Source: an uncultured Chlamydiae bacterium (GTDB lineage Bacteria; Chlamydiota; Chlamydiia; Chlamydiales; SM23-39). From it: a stretch of DNA of 64,000 bases. Shown here one piece after another: positions 20,854 through 31,715 of the stretch. A model generated the notes under the pieces. It did not search any database, had not been told where the DNA came from, and was given only the letters and a program-made list of their open reading frames with translations. The DNA lies in contig CAVSSM010000002.1 in the NCBI GenBank assembly GCA_963730605.1, positions 224,001 through 288,000 of the forward strand, written 5' to 3'. The position numbers and the translations under genes are program-made. The first letter of the stretch is position 1. Each line of letters begins with the position of its first letter.

Positions 20854-21143
20854 GAGACTGTCCACAAACTCAGGCGGCAACAAGTGGCTGAGCGAGACGC
20901 ACGGGGTCCCCCCCACCGACGCATCGTCGGAAGGGGTGTGAAAGCCAGATCGAAAGAGCGAAGCTCCGGTTCGAGAGAGGAAGACATTCTTGAATACGAA
21001 GGATTCCGAGCGAGAATCGATATGGCTGCGGAAACGCGAGAAGATCCAGTGGACCTTCGCAGCGCAGAGCAGATGAGCGAATGCGAATCGGCCCGGAGGG
21101 AGTCGCAGCCAGCCAATTGTCGCCTGAGTTTGTGGACAGTCTC
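20854..21143. mobile_element. MITE with GAGACTGTCCACAAACTCAGGCG ends and family-B interior
   Basis: Perfect 23-bp TIR; interior nearly identical to parts of 33290-33640. Confidence 0.85.
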
Positions 21144-21269
21144 TGAGGTGCGCTACGGAAAAAGCAGCCAAACACACAAATTATTTAATTACAAAAATTA
21201 TAATTTTTTTTAAATTGAAAGATTATGATTTTTCTGTTACAATGATTGCATTCTTAATAAGGGAAAAAC

Positions 21270-23401
21270 ATGGCATCCATAACACCAACTAAAACTTACG
21301 AATACAAATTTCAGTCGCCGGCCCAAAGTTACATTGGTCAAAACAGCAGACAGGATCTTCCTAAGCAAAATTTGAACGGTAGAGTCAACGCTCTTCCTCC
21401 AAAAACGAATCGAATTCCGTCGTGTGGGTCACACCGGTTTGTTATGCAACTCTGATCCTAGCCGCCGGAATGGGAATGATGGCTTTGTTGGGCAATCCAG
21501 GTGCCAATCCAACTCCTAATCCTAAACCATCGCCAACTCCAACTCCCATGCCTAATCCAACTCCAACTCCAAAGTCATCGCCATCTCCAACTCCCATGCC
21601 TAATCCAACTCCAACTCCAAAGTCATCGCCATCTCCAACTCCCATGCCTAATCCAACTCCAACTCCCAAGTCATCGCCATCTCCAACTCCATCGCCAACG
21701 CCGTCTCTAACTCCCCTCTCTCCAGATGCTAACGCCAACATCGGCGTCTCCGTTACAACTTTCAATTCCAAGCTCGATGCCACTTCTGAGAACGACATCA
21801 ATGCAAGAATATATAAGTTGGGCGGGGACAATGTAGGTTCTATGAATTCCTTCGGATTCCCTTCGTATAATCAGTCGCATTTTTGCTTAGTTGAGGGAAA
21901 TGCCTCTACATTTCCAACTCTAGAATCAAGCGCATCTCCAACACCGGTTCCTTCTTCGAACTCACTACTAGTACTGTCGCCGATAGCATCGACTACCGAG
22001 TTCCCGATTTCGAGTGAGCCAAACCCGACACCGATACAAACACAACAAACGCAGTGGACCAAGAATGTCTTGGGGGTAATCCTTCCTGAATCCCTCGGGC
22101 ATGATGTGACACTTGCGCCTTGTGCAGCAAATGTAGCTGCAGTAGCCATAATTCCAACTCCAACTCCCAAGTCATCGCCATCTCCAACTCCAACTCCAAC
22201 TCCCATGCCTAATCCAACTCCAACTCCCAAGTCATCGCCATCTCCAACTCTCATGCCTAATCCAACTCCAACTCCCAAGTCATCGCCATCTCCAACTCCC
22301 ATGCCTAATCCAACTCCAACTCCCAAGTCATCGCCATCTCCAACTCCCATGCCTAATCCAACTCCAACTCCCAAGTCATCGCCATCTCCAACTCCCATGC
22401 CTAATCCAACTCCAACTCCCAAGTCATCGCCATCTCCAACTCCCATGCCTAATCCAACTCCAACTCCCAAGTCATCGCCATCTCCAACTCCCATGCCTAA
22501 TCCAACTCCACCGTCGCTATCGCCAATGGCTCTAACACCCGTGCCAACGCCGGAGGCGAAGCCATCGTCAACTCCGGTAGAGCCAACAAAACAAAAAGAA
22601 GAATCTTCCTTCACAGATCCTCGGCACGTTTTTATAAAGGAGACGGCCATGAATGGCGATCCCTTTTACATGGACCTCATTGTAAGCTACTGGAAAGAAG
22701 GGACCATTTCTTCTTCAGACGAAGAGAAATCTGTCATTATAAATGCTTTTCACTCAAATCTCTTAAAGCAAGCCAGGCAAGGCTACCCTATCGCTATGAA
22801 TAGATTACAATCCCTTTGGAAGGATGGGACGCTTTCCGCTTCAGAAGAAGAAAAATTGTCCATCAGGACTGATTGTAATGCAGTCACACAGCAGAACTTT
22901 GAAAAACACCTCAAAGTAAATGCCATGAATGGCGATCCCTTTTACATGGACCTCATTGTAAGCTACTGGAAAGAAGGGACCATTTCTTCTTCAGACGAAG
23001 AGAAATCTGTCATTATAAATGCTTTTCACTCAAATCTCTCAAAGCAAGCCAGGCAAGGCTACCCTATCGCTATGAATAGATTACAATCCCTTTGGAAGGA
23101 TGGGACGCTTTCCGCTTCAGAAGAAGAAAAATTGTCCATCAGGACTGATTGTAATGCAGTCACACAGCAGAACTTTGAAAAACACCTCAAAGTAAATGCC
23201 ATGAATGGCGATCCCTTTTACATGAACCTCATTGTAAGCTACTGGAAAGAAGGGTTCATTTCCTCTACAGACCAAGAGATAGCCGCCATCAGAGACGCTT
23301 GCGACCGGGCAAGAGGGAAAAAGTATTCCAAACCTTGTATTTCTTCTTCAGATGAAAGGGAATCTACCATCAGAGATGCTCACCTGGCAACCTCAATGTA
23401 A
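21270..23401 (+). CDS. Pro/Thr/Ser-rich repeat effector-like membrane protein, apparently frameshifted near 21420
   Basis: ORF 21270-21455 overlaps ORF 21422-23401; one hydrophobic segment; 16-aa and 92-aa repeats. Confidence 0.65.
21500..21700 (+). repeat. 48-bp tandem repeat, block 1 ([16 protein letters not shown])
   Basis: Near-identical units visible in DNA. Confidence 0.9.
22153..22510 (+). repeat. 48-bp tandem repeat, block 2 (about 7 units)
   Basis: Near-identical units visible in DNA. Confidence 0.92.
22646..23253 (+). repeat. 276-bp (92-aa) tandem repeat, about 2.2 copies
   Basis: gccatgaatggcgatccc recurs at 22646, 22922 and 23198. Confidence 0.92.
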
Positions 23402-23676
23402 AACGATTTTTTAAATTTTTGTTTAAAACCTAGATCCCTCGTGAGTGAAAAAACGGCTTGATAGAAATTTCGCTCGACGTGCGATCAAGCCAAGATTTGA
23501 AAACAAGTAGTTGCAAAATTGAAGATATATTAAAGAAAATATTTAACTTTATGATTTATTTAAAATAAAAATTAATTATTTAAATTATTTATTTTAATAT
23601 ATTCTGGATAATTTTACTTGGCATAATTAGCAAAAACATGCTATAATCCATGCGAATTTAAGGGGAAAATCCACGT

Positions 23677-25515
23677 ATGTCAACTTCAACCATCTCTCGC
23701 CGCACGGCGCCGGCTCCCGCTATAGCAAAAGGGCGGTCGTTGCAAAGCATCTCCCTCTCCGATCTCCAAAAAAGGACGGCTGCAGCTGCGAAATTGGAAA
23801 GCATCTTTAATGGGATTAAACCGGGACAAAAGCTCGGCAATGCTGGAGTTTATTTGGATAAACTCAAAAGCCTCGAAGTTCAAGCCATCCAAGATTATCG
23901 CAAACTCTTTGATCCCAAAATAACCGTGACCGAACCGGTCAAAAAAGCGCGCGCCGCTCTCGAACAGCAAGTCGCTGTCTTGCGGAAAGCGATCGCCGCC
24001 GCAAGGTCGGCCAACGTCATCCCTGCGGCTCCGCAGGAGCTTCCTTGGTCGGGACAATTACGGGATGCGAAAGATACCCCTCTTCATTGGGCGGTGAGAA
24101 AACGGGACTATCAGACAGCCCTCCTCATCAGAGAGCAAATGCGCCTCCGAAGCTTGGCAAGGATCTGCCAACACTATGCGGGAACCGTCAAGAATGGGCA
24201 GATCTCCGCTATCCTGAAAAAACAAGGGTTTGCGCCAAAACTGATCCTGGCGCTCGAAAAACTCCATATTCTCAACTATAAGACGCTCGATGCCAAAACG
24301 CTCCAGAAAATCTGCGCAGATGCGGAAGTCGTCAAAGTTGTCCAAGACCCCGATTTCCGGAAAATCTTCGCCGATCCAACCGCGATCGACGTGTTCAACG
24401 GCCTTGATATTCTCATGTATGAAGACTCTCGCGGGCTGAATCCTCTCGATGAGGCAGAGCTGCAGCAAGACACGAATATGAAGAATCTTCTCCGCTTTCC
24501 CCATCTCGTCATGAACAAGGAACTGAACAATTTATTCTGGGGCCGCATCAATGAAATCAGGGGCCGCATCGCCGAGGCGCGCCAAATCGATCCGGACACC
24601 CTCTCGGACATTTGCAGAGCCGCCTATCTCGGCGATATGGATCAGCTCATAACGGAGACCGACTTCAACGTGAAAGATGAAAAAGGATTGACGCCGCTCC
24701 ATTACGCCCTTTTAGGAAGCCAGGAAGAAGCGGTCGTCTTTTTATTGAACCGCTGCGACAATTATACCCTCACTCCGCAAGGTCTCTCCTACTTCGATTA
24801 TGCCCTCTTTTCAGGACATCCCGGCATGGTCAACCTCTTCGAGAAGCTCAACATTCCATTCCGGCTAGGCGGGGACCGAGAAAAGTTCAGTTATCTCCTC
24901 GCAAGCGGCACCGCCGACCGAGGATTGGCTATGATGGCCCGCTCCAAAGATCCCATCGGCATGGGAGGGAAGGACCAAGACTTTTTGGGAGGCAATCTCA
25001 ATGCCCTTTGGGCCGGAACCGCTCTTTTCAACCGGGCTGTTTTTGGGGTCAATCCTTCCACTCTTAACCTCAGCTGGCCGCCCTATATAAGCACATCTTT
25101 CGAATCTATATTCTATTCATTCAATCACCACATTGTGGGAGTAGGTCAGGTTTTCAAGCTTCTTCCCAGTTGGGCAATCACGCCCGCTGCCGCAACCGTT
25201 GATCTCGTCAGGACCGTGTCGCTGTGGGCCGCTCCCCTTTATTTGCTGGGCAGCCAAGCAGCAGCCCTAGCGCAGGTGGATCTGCCAAAACTCTTGAACG
25301 ACCGCGGCCTCGGTACTGCTCTAAAAGCTTGGGGCGTGGCGGGACAAGTTTTCTCCGTGATCAGATTATGGGCAGCGATCAAACCCGTGATCGATCGAGT
25401 GCCCGCCTATTACGAGGCCTATGCAACCCGTCCGAAACAAGTGAGGAAAGCCCTTGCATGGGATGTTTTCAACATCGGAACTCAAGGCTTGATGACGCTC
25501 AGCGCTTTCGCCTAA
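23677..25515 (+). CDS. Ankyrin-repeat effector-like protein with hydrophobic C-terminus
   Basis: DTPLHWAV, GLNPLD, GLTPLHYAL; Ser/Thr-rich N-terminus; AT-rich upstream region. Confidence 0.8.
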   Translation: MSTSTISRRTAPAPAIAKGRSLQSISLSDLQKRTAAAAKLESIFNGIKPGQKLGNAGVYLDKLKSLEVQAIQDYRKLFDPKITVTEPVKKARAALEQQVAVLRKAIAAARSANVIPAAPQELPWSGQLRDAKDTPLHWAVRKRDYQTALLIREQMRLRSLARICQHYAGTVKNGQISAILKKQGFAPKLILALEKLHILNYKTLDAKTLQKICADAEVVKVVQDPDFRKIFADPTAIDVFNGLDILMYEDSRGLNPLDEAELQQDTNMKNLLRFPHLVMNKELNNLFWGRINEIRGRIAEARQIDPDTLSDICRAAYLGDMDQLITETDFNVKDEKGLTPLHYALLGSQEEAVVFLLNRCDNYTLTPQGLSYFDYALFSGHPGMVNLFEKLNIPFRLGGDREKFSYLLASGTADRGLAMMARSKDPIGMGGKDQDFLGGNLNALWAGTALFNRAVFGVNPSTLNLSWPPYISTSFESIFYSFNHHIVGVGQVFKLLPSWAITPAAATVDLVRTVSLWAAPLYLLGSQAAALAQVDLPKLLNDRGLGTALKAWGVAGQVFSVIRLWAAIKPVIDRVPAYYEAYATRPKQVRKALAWDVFNIGTQGLMTLSAFA

Positions 25516-25596
25516 TCAACGCGTGTTAATAAATTTATTTTCCGAAAAATTTGCCGCATGTATTCTTGCCGTTCACGAAAATTCGAGCGGCGTGGA

Positions 25597-26538
25597 ATGA
25601 TGCTTTTGATTTTCTTTATCTTCGTTGGCTCCCTATTCGGCGTCGATTACGACTGTGCCATCGTAGGGACCAGCCCAGCGCCGCTCTTCGAAGCGCTCTA
25701 TAGGCACTACTCAGGGGAGCGGGTGCTCCTCCTTGAAGCGGCCCATGAATGCGGCGGGGCTTGGAAATCGATCGATATCTGTGGGATCGCTCACGTCGAT
25801 ATGGGGTGCCATGAGCTTAATAGCCCTCCGGAACTTACCCAATTTTTAGAACAATACGCCGGCTGCCGCATGATCTCATGCCACAAGAGTGTTTACTTCT
25901 CGAAGGGATGTTTTGAACTCATCGGCAACTTACTCAAACGAATCAAGGACGCCGGCATCCCCCTGTTGACCGTTTGCCGAGTCGAATCGGTGTATTTGGA
26001 CCAGGATAAAAAGGTAGCCTTCCTCAAAACGCAAATGGGAACATTCACTGCCCGCAAAATTGTGGTTACTCAGGGAAGCTCCTTTGAAATCGACGGGATC
26101 GGCAGGGAAAAAGCCTCTCAAAAATTCTATCATCTTTACCTCTTGCTCCAAGATCCAACTCCAAGCCGCTTTTCCTATCAAGAGGGGACGGTGCCAGGAG
26201 TTATGAGGATGATGAACTTGACTCCGTTTCTTGGGCTAGCAGAAACCGGCCGGCAGCTCATCGTCTTGCAAACTCGCTCGGATACAGAGGTCCATAAAGT
26301 GAATTCTTTCGTCTCGGGTCTAAAGCTTGCCAGTCTGATCGACCCTGGAGCCTATTTGCTAAAGGCCGAACCGTATGTTTACGAACAAGGGCCTCCTTTT
26401 CCAATGAACCAGCTGAGCCAGAACCTGAAGATGTTCTTCGAGATGCTGAACGCATCCCATTTCAATGCGATTGCCAGTTATATGCCGAAATGGAAAATGA
26501 TATTACCTCCTTACGTGGAAGGACACCTATCCAAATAA
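25597..26538 (+). CDS. FAD/NAD(P)-binding domain protein
   Basis: YDCAIVGTS, LLLEA...GGAWKS, DMGCHE Rossmann-like motifs. Confidence 0.65.
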   Translation: MMLLIFFIFVGSLFGVDYDCAIVGTSPAPLFEALYRHYSGERVLLLEAAHECGGAWKSIDICGIAHVDMGCHELNSPPELTQFLEQYAGCRMISCHKSVYFSKGCFELIGNLLKRIKDAGIPLLTVCRVESVYLDQDKKVAFLKTQMGTFTARKIVVTQGSSFEIDGIGREKASQKFYHLYLLLQDPTPSRFSYQEGTVPGVMRMMNLTPFLGLAETGRQLIVLQTRSDTEVHKVNSFVSGLKLASLIDPGAYLLKAEPYVYEQGPPFPMNQLSQNLKMFFEMLNASHFNAIASYMPKWKMILPPYVEGHLSK

Positions 26539-26562
26539 TTCCCGTTTTGCGATCCTAAACTC

Positions 26563-27183
26563 ATGGATCTTCTCTTTTTCTTCAAGGGGGCCGCTCTTGG
26601 TTTTGCCATAGCGGCTCCCGTCGGGCCGATCGGCATTCTCTGCATCCGTAAAACGGTCCAGTTCGGAAGATTCTCGGGGTTTTGCTCAGGGCTTGGAGCC
26701 GCGGTCGCAGACGCGATCTATGCGATCATCGCCGCCTTTGGGCTGACATTTGTCTCTGACTTTCTCATCCAGGGGCAATTTTGGCTTCGGCTCGTCGGAG
26801 GAGCCTTTCTGATCTATCTTGGACTCAGGACCTTTTTCGCCCACCCCCATGAACCCCACGTAACGGCCACCACCCGCAGGACGCTCTTTTCCGATTTCCT
26901 TTCGACCTTTTTGCTGACCCTCACCAATCCCTTGACGGTGCTCTCCTTCCTCGCCGTGTTCGCGGGGCTTGGGCTGACCACATTTTCAGGAAGCTACGCG
27001 AGCGCATCCTTACTCGTGCTTGGAGTCCTTCTCGGCTCGACGTTATGGTGGCTGATCCTGAGCGAGGGCGTCACCCTTTTCCGTAAAAAAGTCAGTGAAA
27101 GAGTGATGGGCTGGATCAATCGGATCGCAGGCATCTTGATCATGATCTTCGGGCTTCTCGCCTGGAGCAGCGTCAGCTGGTGA
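26563..27183 (+). CDS. LysE family translocator
   Basis: IAAPVGPIG, GLGAAVAD, LTLTNP. Confidence 0.92.
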   Translation: MDLLFFFKGAALGFAIAAPVGPIGILCIRKTVQFGRFSGFCSGLGAAVADAIYAIIAAFGLTFVSDFLIQGQFWLRLVGGAFLIYLGLRTFFAHPHEPHVTATTRRTLFSDFLSTFLLTLTNPLTVLSFLAVFAGLGLTTFSGSYASASLLVLGVLLGSTLWWLILSEGVTLFRKKVSERVMGWINRIAGILIMIFGLLAWSSVSW

Positions 27184-27201
27184 TCCTTCAGATCTAAATG
27201 G

Positions 27202-28008
27202 TCAATCGTCCATGTAAGGAATGACCAAGGGAGCGCAGTAGTGGCATCCCATGTCTAGCGTTCGGATTTTTTGCATCTCTTCTTTGGATAAGCGAAAATC
27301 GAAAACGTCCAGATTGGCCTTGAGATGTTTTAGGCTCGATGCCTTCGGGATGGCGGCGATGTCTTGCTGGACAAGCCACCTGAGCGCTACCTGGGACGCG
27401 GTTTTGCCGTGGGCTCTTCCGATCTCTCGCAACACCGGATCTTTTTCTAAAGCGCCTTTTGCAAGAGGCCGGTAGGCCACGATTCCGATGCCCTGTTTCT
27501 TGCAGTAAGCGGCGAGGGCTTTTCGTTGCAGATAAGGGTGCATTTCGATTTGATTGGCAAGGATCGGAAACTCTAGAAAATTCCTGAGATGATTCCGGAC
27601 GAAATTGCTGACGCCGATGGCGCGGACAACCCCAGTTTCTAACAATCGGCACATCGCTTTGAGAGTCTTTCCCATGTCCACATCTGGATTTGGCCAGTGG
27701 ATGAGAAGAAGATCCAGGTAGTCCGCCTTTAGCTCCTTCAAAAACCGGGCTACCGCTTTTCGTACTTGGCTTGGCGCAAGGTCTTCTTGACGGATCTTCG
27801 TCGTAAGGAAAAGCTGTTCTCTTGAGAAGCGCCGGATGGAGCGGCCAATAGCCTCATGGTTTTCATAGTAATCGGCGGTGTCGATGTGGCGATAGCCAAG
27901 ATCCAAGCTCTTCGACAGAACCGACTCGCATTCTTTGCCGCGGAGCCTCCAAGTGCCAAGTCCGATCAATGGGATCCCTGTCTTTTTCTGGATGGGGGCG
28001 GGTTTCAT
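27202..28008 (-). CDS. Aldo/keto reductase
   Basis: GYRHIDTA, DLLLIHWP, IGVSNF, NQIEMHP, IPKAS. Confidence 0.95.
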   Translation of the reverse strand: MKPAPIQKKTGIPLIGLGTWRLRGKECESVLSKSLDLGYRHIDTADYYENHEAIGRSIRRFSREQLFLTTKIRQEDLAPSQVRKAVARFLKELKADYLDLLLIHWPNPDVDMGKTLKAMCRLLETGVVRAIGVSNFVRNHLRNFLEFPILANQIEMHPYLQRKALAAYCKKQGIGIVAYRPLAKGALEKDPVLREIGRAHGKTASQVALRWLVQQDIAAIPKASSLKHLKANLDVFDFRLSKEEMQKIRTLDMGCHYCAPLVIPYMDD

Positions 28009-28013
28009 GCTTG

Positions 28014-29783
28014 TTACAATATTCCTTTAGATAGAGCTTCTAGCTCTTCGTAGAGACGATCGATCTCTTTTTGACGATGGCCTAAAGAGCGGAGCAGTTC
28101 TGGAGAATGGTCGCCCTCTTCGAGTGCTTTTTGGGCCGCTGTTTGCTCCGCTTCGAGCGCAATGATCCTCTCCTCGCACTCCTTGATTTTTTTCTCGCTG
28201 CCCTTTTTAGGAGGCATCGTTTGCCTGCGGGCGGCAGGCTTGGCAGCTTTGGGAGGAAGAGCATTGGTCGGCGGCGCCTTTTTTTTCTCCTCTTCCCAGC
28301 CGATCTTCTCCAAGAAAAGATCGTAATCGCCCAAAAAGGAGATTTGCCTTCCCTCTTGACAGAGGATGATCCGGTCGAGTTTGAGACGCCTTAAGATGAG
28401 CTCGCTATGGGTGACGATGACCACGGTGCCGGCAAAATCTTCGAGGGCGTCGATGAGCGCTTCCACCGATTCAATGTCAAGATGGTGGGTCGGCTCGTCG
28501 AGCAATAGGAGGTTGCAGGGTTTCGCGAGGATTTTGCCCAAGAGGACCCGGCTTTTTTCCCCGCCGGAGAGTACCGAGATCTTTTTCATCGCCCTGTCTC
28601 CGCCAAACAGCATCTTTCCGGCAATCCCTTTGACTTCGGTCAAATTGAGCTTCGGGTTGGCAAGGGCAATCTCCTCTTCGACTCTGTGATCCGGATTGAG
28701 CCTGCCGATATGAGTCTGGCCAAAATAGCCTACTATGGTGTTTTCTGAGAACTCCAGGCTCCCTTTTTGCGGGACTAAATCGCCGGCGAGCAGTCTAAGG
28801 AGAGTCGACTTCCCCCGGCCGTTCTTTCCGATGATGGCGATCCGCTGCTTCTTTTCCACTTCGAGAAAAACCCCATCGATCAAGGGAGCCTCGGTGTAAG
28901 AAAAATGGATATCCGACATGTCGAGCATCTTTCTTCCGGGAAAAGGGGCTTCATGGAAATGAAACGTAAGATGAGCTAAAGCGTTCAATTTTTCGAGAAC
29001 CGGCTCCCTTTCCAACATCTTTAGGCGGGATTGGGCTTGGACCGCCTTGGTCGCCTTTGCCCCGAACCTCTCGACGAAGCTCATCATATGCGCCTTTTTT
29101 TTCTCCGTCTTGACGCGGGTTCTTTCGTGGACCTCTTCCTCGAGGAATACTTTAGCGAAAAAATCGATCGAGGATCCTTGGATCTTGCGCACCTTGTTTC
29201 GGTGGATTCCCATCGTATGGGTGGAAACTGCGTCCATGAATTCGCGGTCGTGAGTAATGAGGATGAACTCCCCTTTCCACTGCCTCAAAAACCTCTCGAG
29301 AAAGCGGATCGAAAGGATATCGAGGTAGTTTGTCGGTTCATCCAAAAGAAGACAATCGGGCTCAGAAACCAGGACCTTTGCCAGGTGAAGCCTGAGGTGA
29401 TACCCTCCCGAAAAATCGGCCGGATTCTTCTCGAGGTCAGGTTCTGTGAACCCAAGTCCGAAGAGGATCTTTTCCGCCTTGTAAAGATGCTCGGCTTCCC
29501 TCTCGGTCAAGCCGAGCGCCGCTTCTTCCAACAAAGTGGGCTGGGTAAAGCGGATGTGCTGCTGCAGGTAGCCGATCCGGTAGTCGTTCGGGATCGAAAT
29601 CGCCCCCCGGTCAGGTTCCATTTCCCCGACGATCAAACGGAAAAGGGTCGATTTTCCAGAGCCGTTGCGGCCGACAAAGCCGCACCGCTCCGCCCGCTGC
29701 AATGAGAAGGAGACGTTCTCAAAAAGAGGCTCCCCGGAAAAAGAAAGGCTGACATCATCCAATTGAATCATAGATTGAATCAT
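28014..29783 (-). CDS. ABC-F family ATPase
   Basis: Two Walker A motifs (GRNGSGKST, GKNGRGKST) and two LLLDEPT; no TM segments. Confidence 0.95.
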   Translation of the reverse strand: MIQSMIQLDDVSLSFSGEPLFENVSFSLQRAERCGFVGRNGSGKSTLFRLIVGEMEPDRGAISIPNDYRIGYLQQHIRFTQPTLLEEAALGLTEREAEHLYKAEKILFGLGFTEPDLEKNPADFSGGYHLRLHLAKVLVSEPDCLLLDEPTNYLDILSIRFLERFLRQWKGEFILITHDREFMDAVSTHTMGIHRNKVRKIQGSSIDFFAKVFLEEEVHERTRVKTEKKKAHMMSFVERFGAKATKAVQAQSRLKMLEREPVLEKLNALAHLTFHFHEAPFPGRKMLDMSDIHFSYTEAPLIDGVFLEVEKKQRIAIIGKNGRGKSTLLRLLAGDLVPQKGSLEFSENTIVGYFGQTHIGRLNPDHRVEEEIALANPKLNLTEVKGIAGKMLFGGDRAMKKISVLSGGEKSRVLLGKILAKPCNLLLLDEPTHHLDIESVEALIDALEDFAGTVVIVTHSELILRRLKLDRIILCQEGRQISFLGDYDLFLEKIGWEEEKKKAPPTNALPPKAAKPAARRQTMPPKKGSEKKIKECEERIIALEAEQTAAQKALEEGDHSPELLRSLGHRQKEIDRLYEELEALSKGIL

Positions 29784-29821
29784 GGTATAGAAAAAACAGG
29801 AGAAAAACCAAGGGGAAAATC

Positions 29822-30166
29822 ATGAATCTCAAACGAATCATCGGTATTGTAATCTGCATCGGAGGGATCGTTCTGATCTTCGTTTCCAACTACATCAAAA
29901 ACCAAGTCGAGTCGGGAAAAATGCAAATCTCGAGCGCGGAGAGCCAAGTCAGCCAAGGCAAGACTCTTTTCGGCTTGAATCCCGTCTCGAAACAAGTAGG
30001 AAACCAAGTCTTTTTCAATTCGGCTGAAGAGCAAATCAACGCCGGCAAGAAGGATGTCGCCTACTATGAATCGCTCGCAAGCCAGCTTCAGATCGCAGGG
30101 ATCATCGCAATCGTAGTAGGGCTCGGGATCGTCTTCATCCCCTTTCCCAGCCAAAAGAGGAAGTAG
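29822..30166 (+). CDS. Small two-TM membrane protein
   Basis: Hydrophobic termini; GGGG RBS-like sequence upstream. Confidence 0.75.
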   Translation: MNLKRIIGIVICIGGIVLIFVSNYIKNQVESGKMQISSAESQVSQGKTLFGLNPVSKQVGNQVFFNSAEEQINAGKKDVAYYESLASQLQIAGIIAIVVGLGIVFIPFPSQKRK

Positions 30167-30175
30167 GTTCAAGAG

Positions 30176-30331
30176 ATGGTGATCAGAAAACTCTCGACTG
30201 GGCAATACCGGCTCTATTCGCGCAAAAAAAATCCTAAGACGGGAAAGCGGAGGAATTTAGGCACCTTTTCAACGCTCTCCGCTGCGAAACAGCATGAAAG
30301 GGAAGTCCAATTCTTCAAAAGACGCGGCTAA
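30176..30331 (+). CDS. Small basic hypothetical protein (51 aa)
   Basis: Hand-translated MVIRKLSTGQYRLYSRKKNPKTGKRRNLGTFSTLSAAKQHEREVQFFKRRG; resembles a widespread small-protein family from memory; below ORF-track cutoff. Confidence 0.7.
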   Translation: MVIRKLSTGQYRLYSRKKNPKTGKRRNLGTFSTLSAAKQHEREVQFFKRRG

Positions 30332-31626
30332 TAGAGTTCATTCAAATTTAAAAGAAAGGCCTTCATTTTTTCCTTCACCAATTTGGAGTCGGCGCATTGG
30401 CTGACCAAGACGGCAAAGGTAATTTGATCCGTATATCCCGCATAGGTCAAGAGGAGGGACATGGAGCCCGATTTTGCCCTCATGCCGCTTTTCTGTTGAG
30501 GGAGCGATTCAAAAAAAATGGAGAAGTGGTCCGAGCTTTTCATTTTGAGGAGCATCTGGACCAGTTGTTTGGCGGTGATCAGGTTTTTTCTGGAAAGACC
30601 CGATCCATCGGCTATTTTGAAGCCGCCGAGTTCAATGAACTCTCTCCAAAAATCAGTTACGGCTCTGATCCCCGCGGCCGTTGAGCCTTCGCCCTGCACG
30701 GCCAGGCCCATTTGCTTTAAGAGATGCTCGGCATAGAGATTGACGCTCTTTTGATTTGTCCAGTGGACGATCTCCCCGATGGTCGGAGAGGATGTGACAT
30801 GGAATGCCATCCGTTTTTCTTGGCAGCTCAGCTCTTTGCGTTCTAGACGCACGCCTGCCTTTTGCAGCGCTGCCTCGAGAAAATCAGCGGCAGCCTGAGC
30901 GGGGTCAGGAATGGCTCCTTTGATCGAAAACTCAGGCAAGGCTGCAGGGATTGTCCCGCGGATAAACTGGCGAGGAGAGAATTCCGATCCATAAATACAA
31001 GCCTGGTCGCCTGAACCCGCCGGGCCGGTCTTTACCTCGTTTTGAAAAACGACCCCTGTCAGGGGAGGCTCGGTGCGTAAGATCAATGCAGGATCGCCCA
31101 CCTTGACGCCCGGCTTGAAGACGAGAGAATAACTATTCTCATGGAAGGAAAGGGCAGAAGATCCTGCGCCGTAGTAATTCCCCAAATCTTCCCAGGACCA
31201 GCTAGGGACTGCGAGGGCTTTTTCCCATCTGCTTGCATCTCCTATGACCTTCCCTTCGATTCTCCGTATCCCCAGTTTTAGGACCGCATCTTTCCATGCC
31301 GCAATTTGTTTTTCCCAGGGAAGCGAACCGGAGATCCGATCCGAACCGAGGCTTGGGTCCCCTCCTCCTTTGATGTAGAGATTGCCGTGAAGGATCCCGC
31401 CCTCGATCGAGCCGTCGTATTCCAGAAGAGTTGAGAAGCGGCTCTCGGCTCCGAGGATATGAAGAGCCGCGCCGGTCGTCGCGATTTTCATGCAAGAGCC
31501 GGGGGTCAGGCTCAAATCGCTGTTCTGATCGATCAAAACTTCTTGGGTATCGGTTCGCACGGCATAGACGCTGACGAGGGCGTGGTCAATCGTTATTGCT
31601 GCGGCGAGGAGCATGGGGAGCAACAT
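30328..31626 (-). CDS. dacB: D-Ala-D-Ala carboxypeptidase/endopeptidase (PBP4)
   Basis: SCMK, GGGDPSLG, SVN, DGSGLSR, KSG motifs. Confidence 0.93.
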   Translation of the reverse strand: MLLPMLLAAAITIDHALVSVYAVRTDTQEVLIDQNSDLSLTPGSCMKIATTGAALHILGAESRFSTLLEYDGSIEGGILHGNLYIKGGGDPSLGSDRISGSLPWEKQIAAWKDAVLKLGIRRIEGKVIGDASRWEKALAVPSWSWEDLGNYYGAGSSALSFHENSYSLVFKPGVKVGDPALILRTEPPLTGVVFQNEVKTGPAGSGDQACIYGSEFSPRQFIRGTIPAALPEFSIKGAIPDPAQAAADFLEAALQKAGVRLERKELSCQEKRMAFHVTSSPTIGEIVHWTNQKSVNLYAEHLLKQMGLAVQGEGSTAAGIRAVTDFWREFIELGGFKIADGSGLSRKNLITAKQLVQMLLKMKSSDHFSIFFESLPQQKSGMRAKSGSMSLLLTYAGYTDQITFAVLVSQCADSKLVKEKMKAFLLNLNELY

Positions 31627-31715
31627 ACCGAAAGGTTACGCGATTCTTTGAAAACCCTTCAAGGAGAGCCTAAAAATTTTTTGCCTAGATTTGACCGATG
31701 ATTGAATCCTAGAAC

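Noticed and set aside
20835..21213. Overlapping ORFs in several frames
   Set aside because: All lie within a MITE; no independent coding evidence.
21442..22650. Minus-strand GV-repeat ORFs
   Set aside because: Antisense shadows of the Pro/Thr repeat gene.
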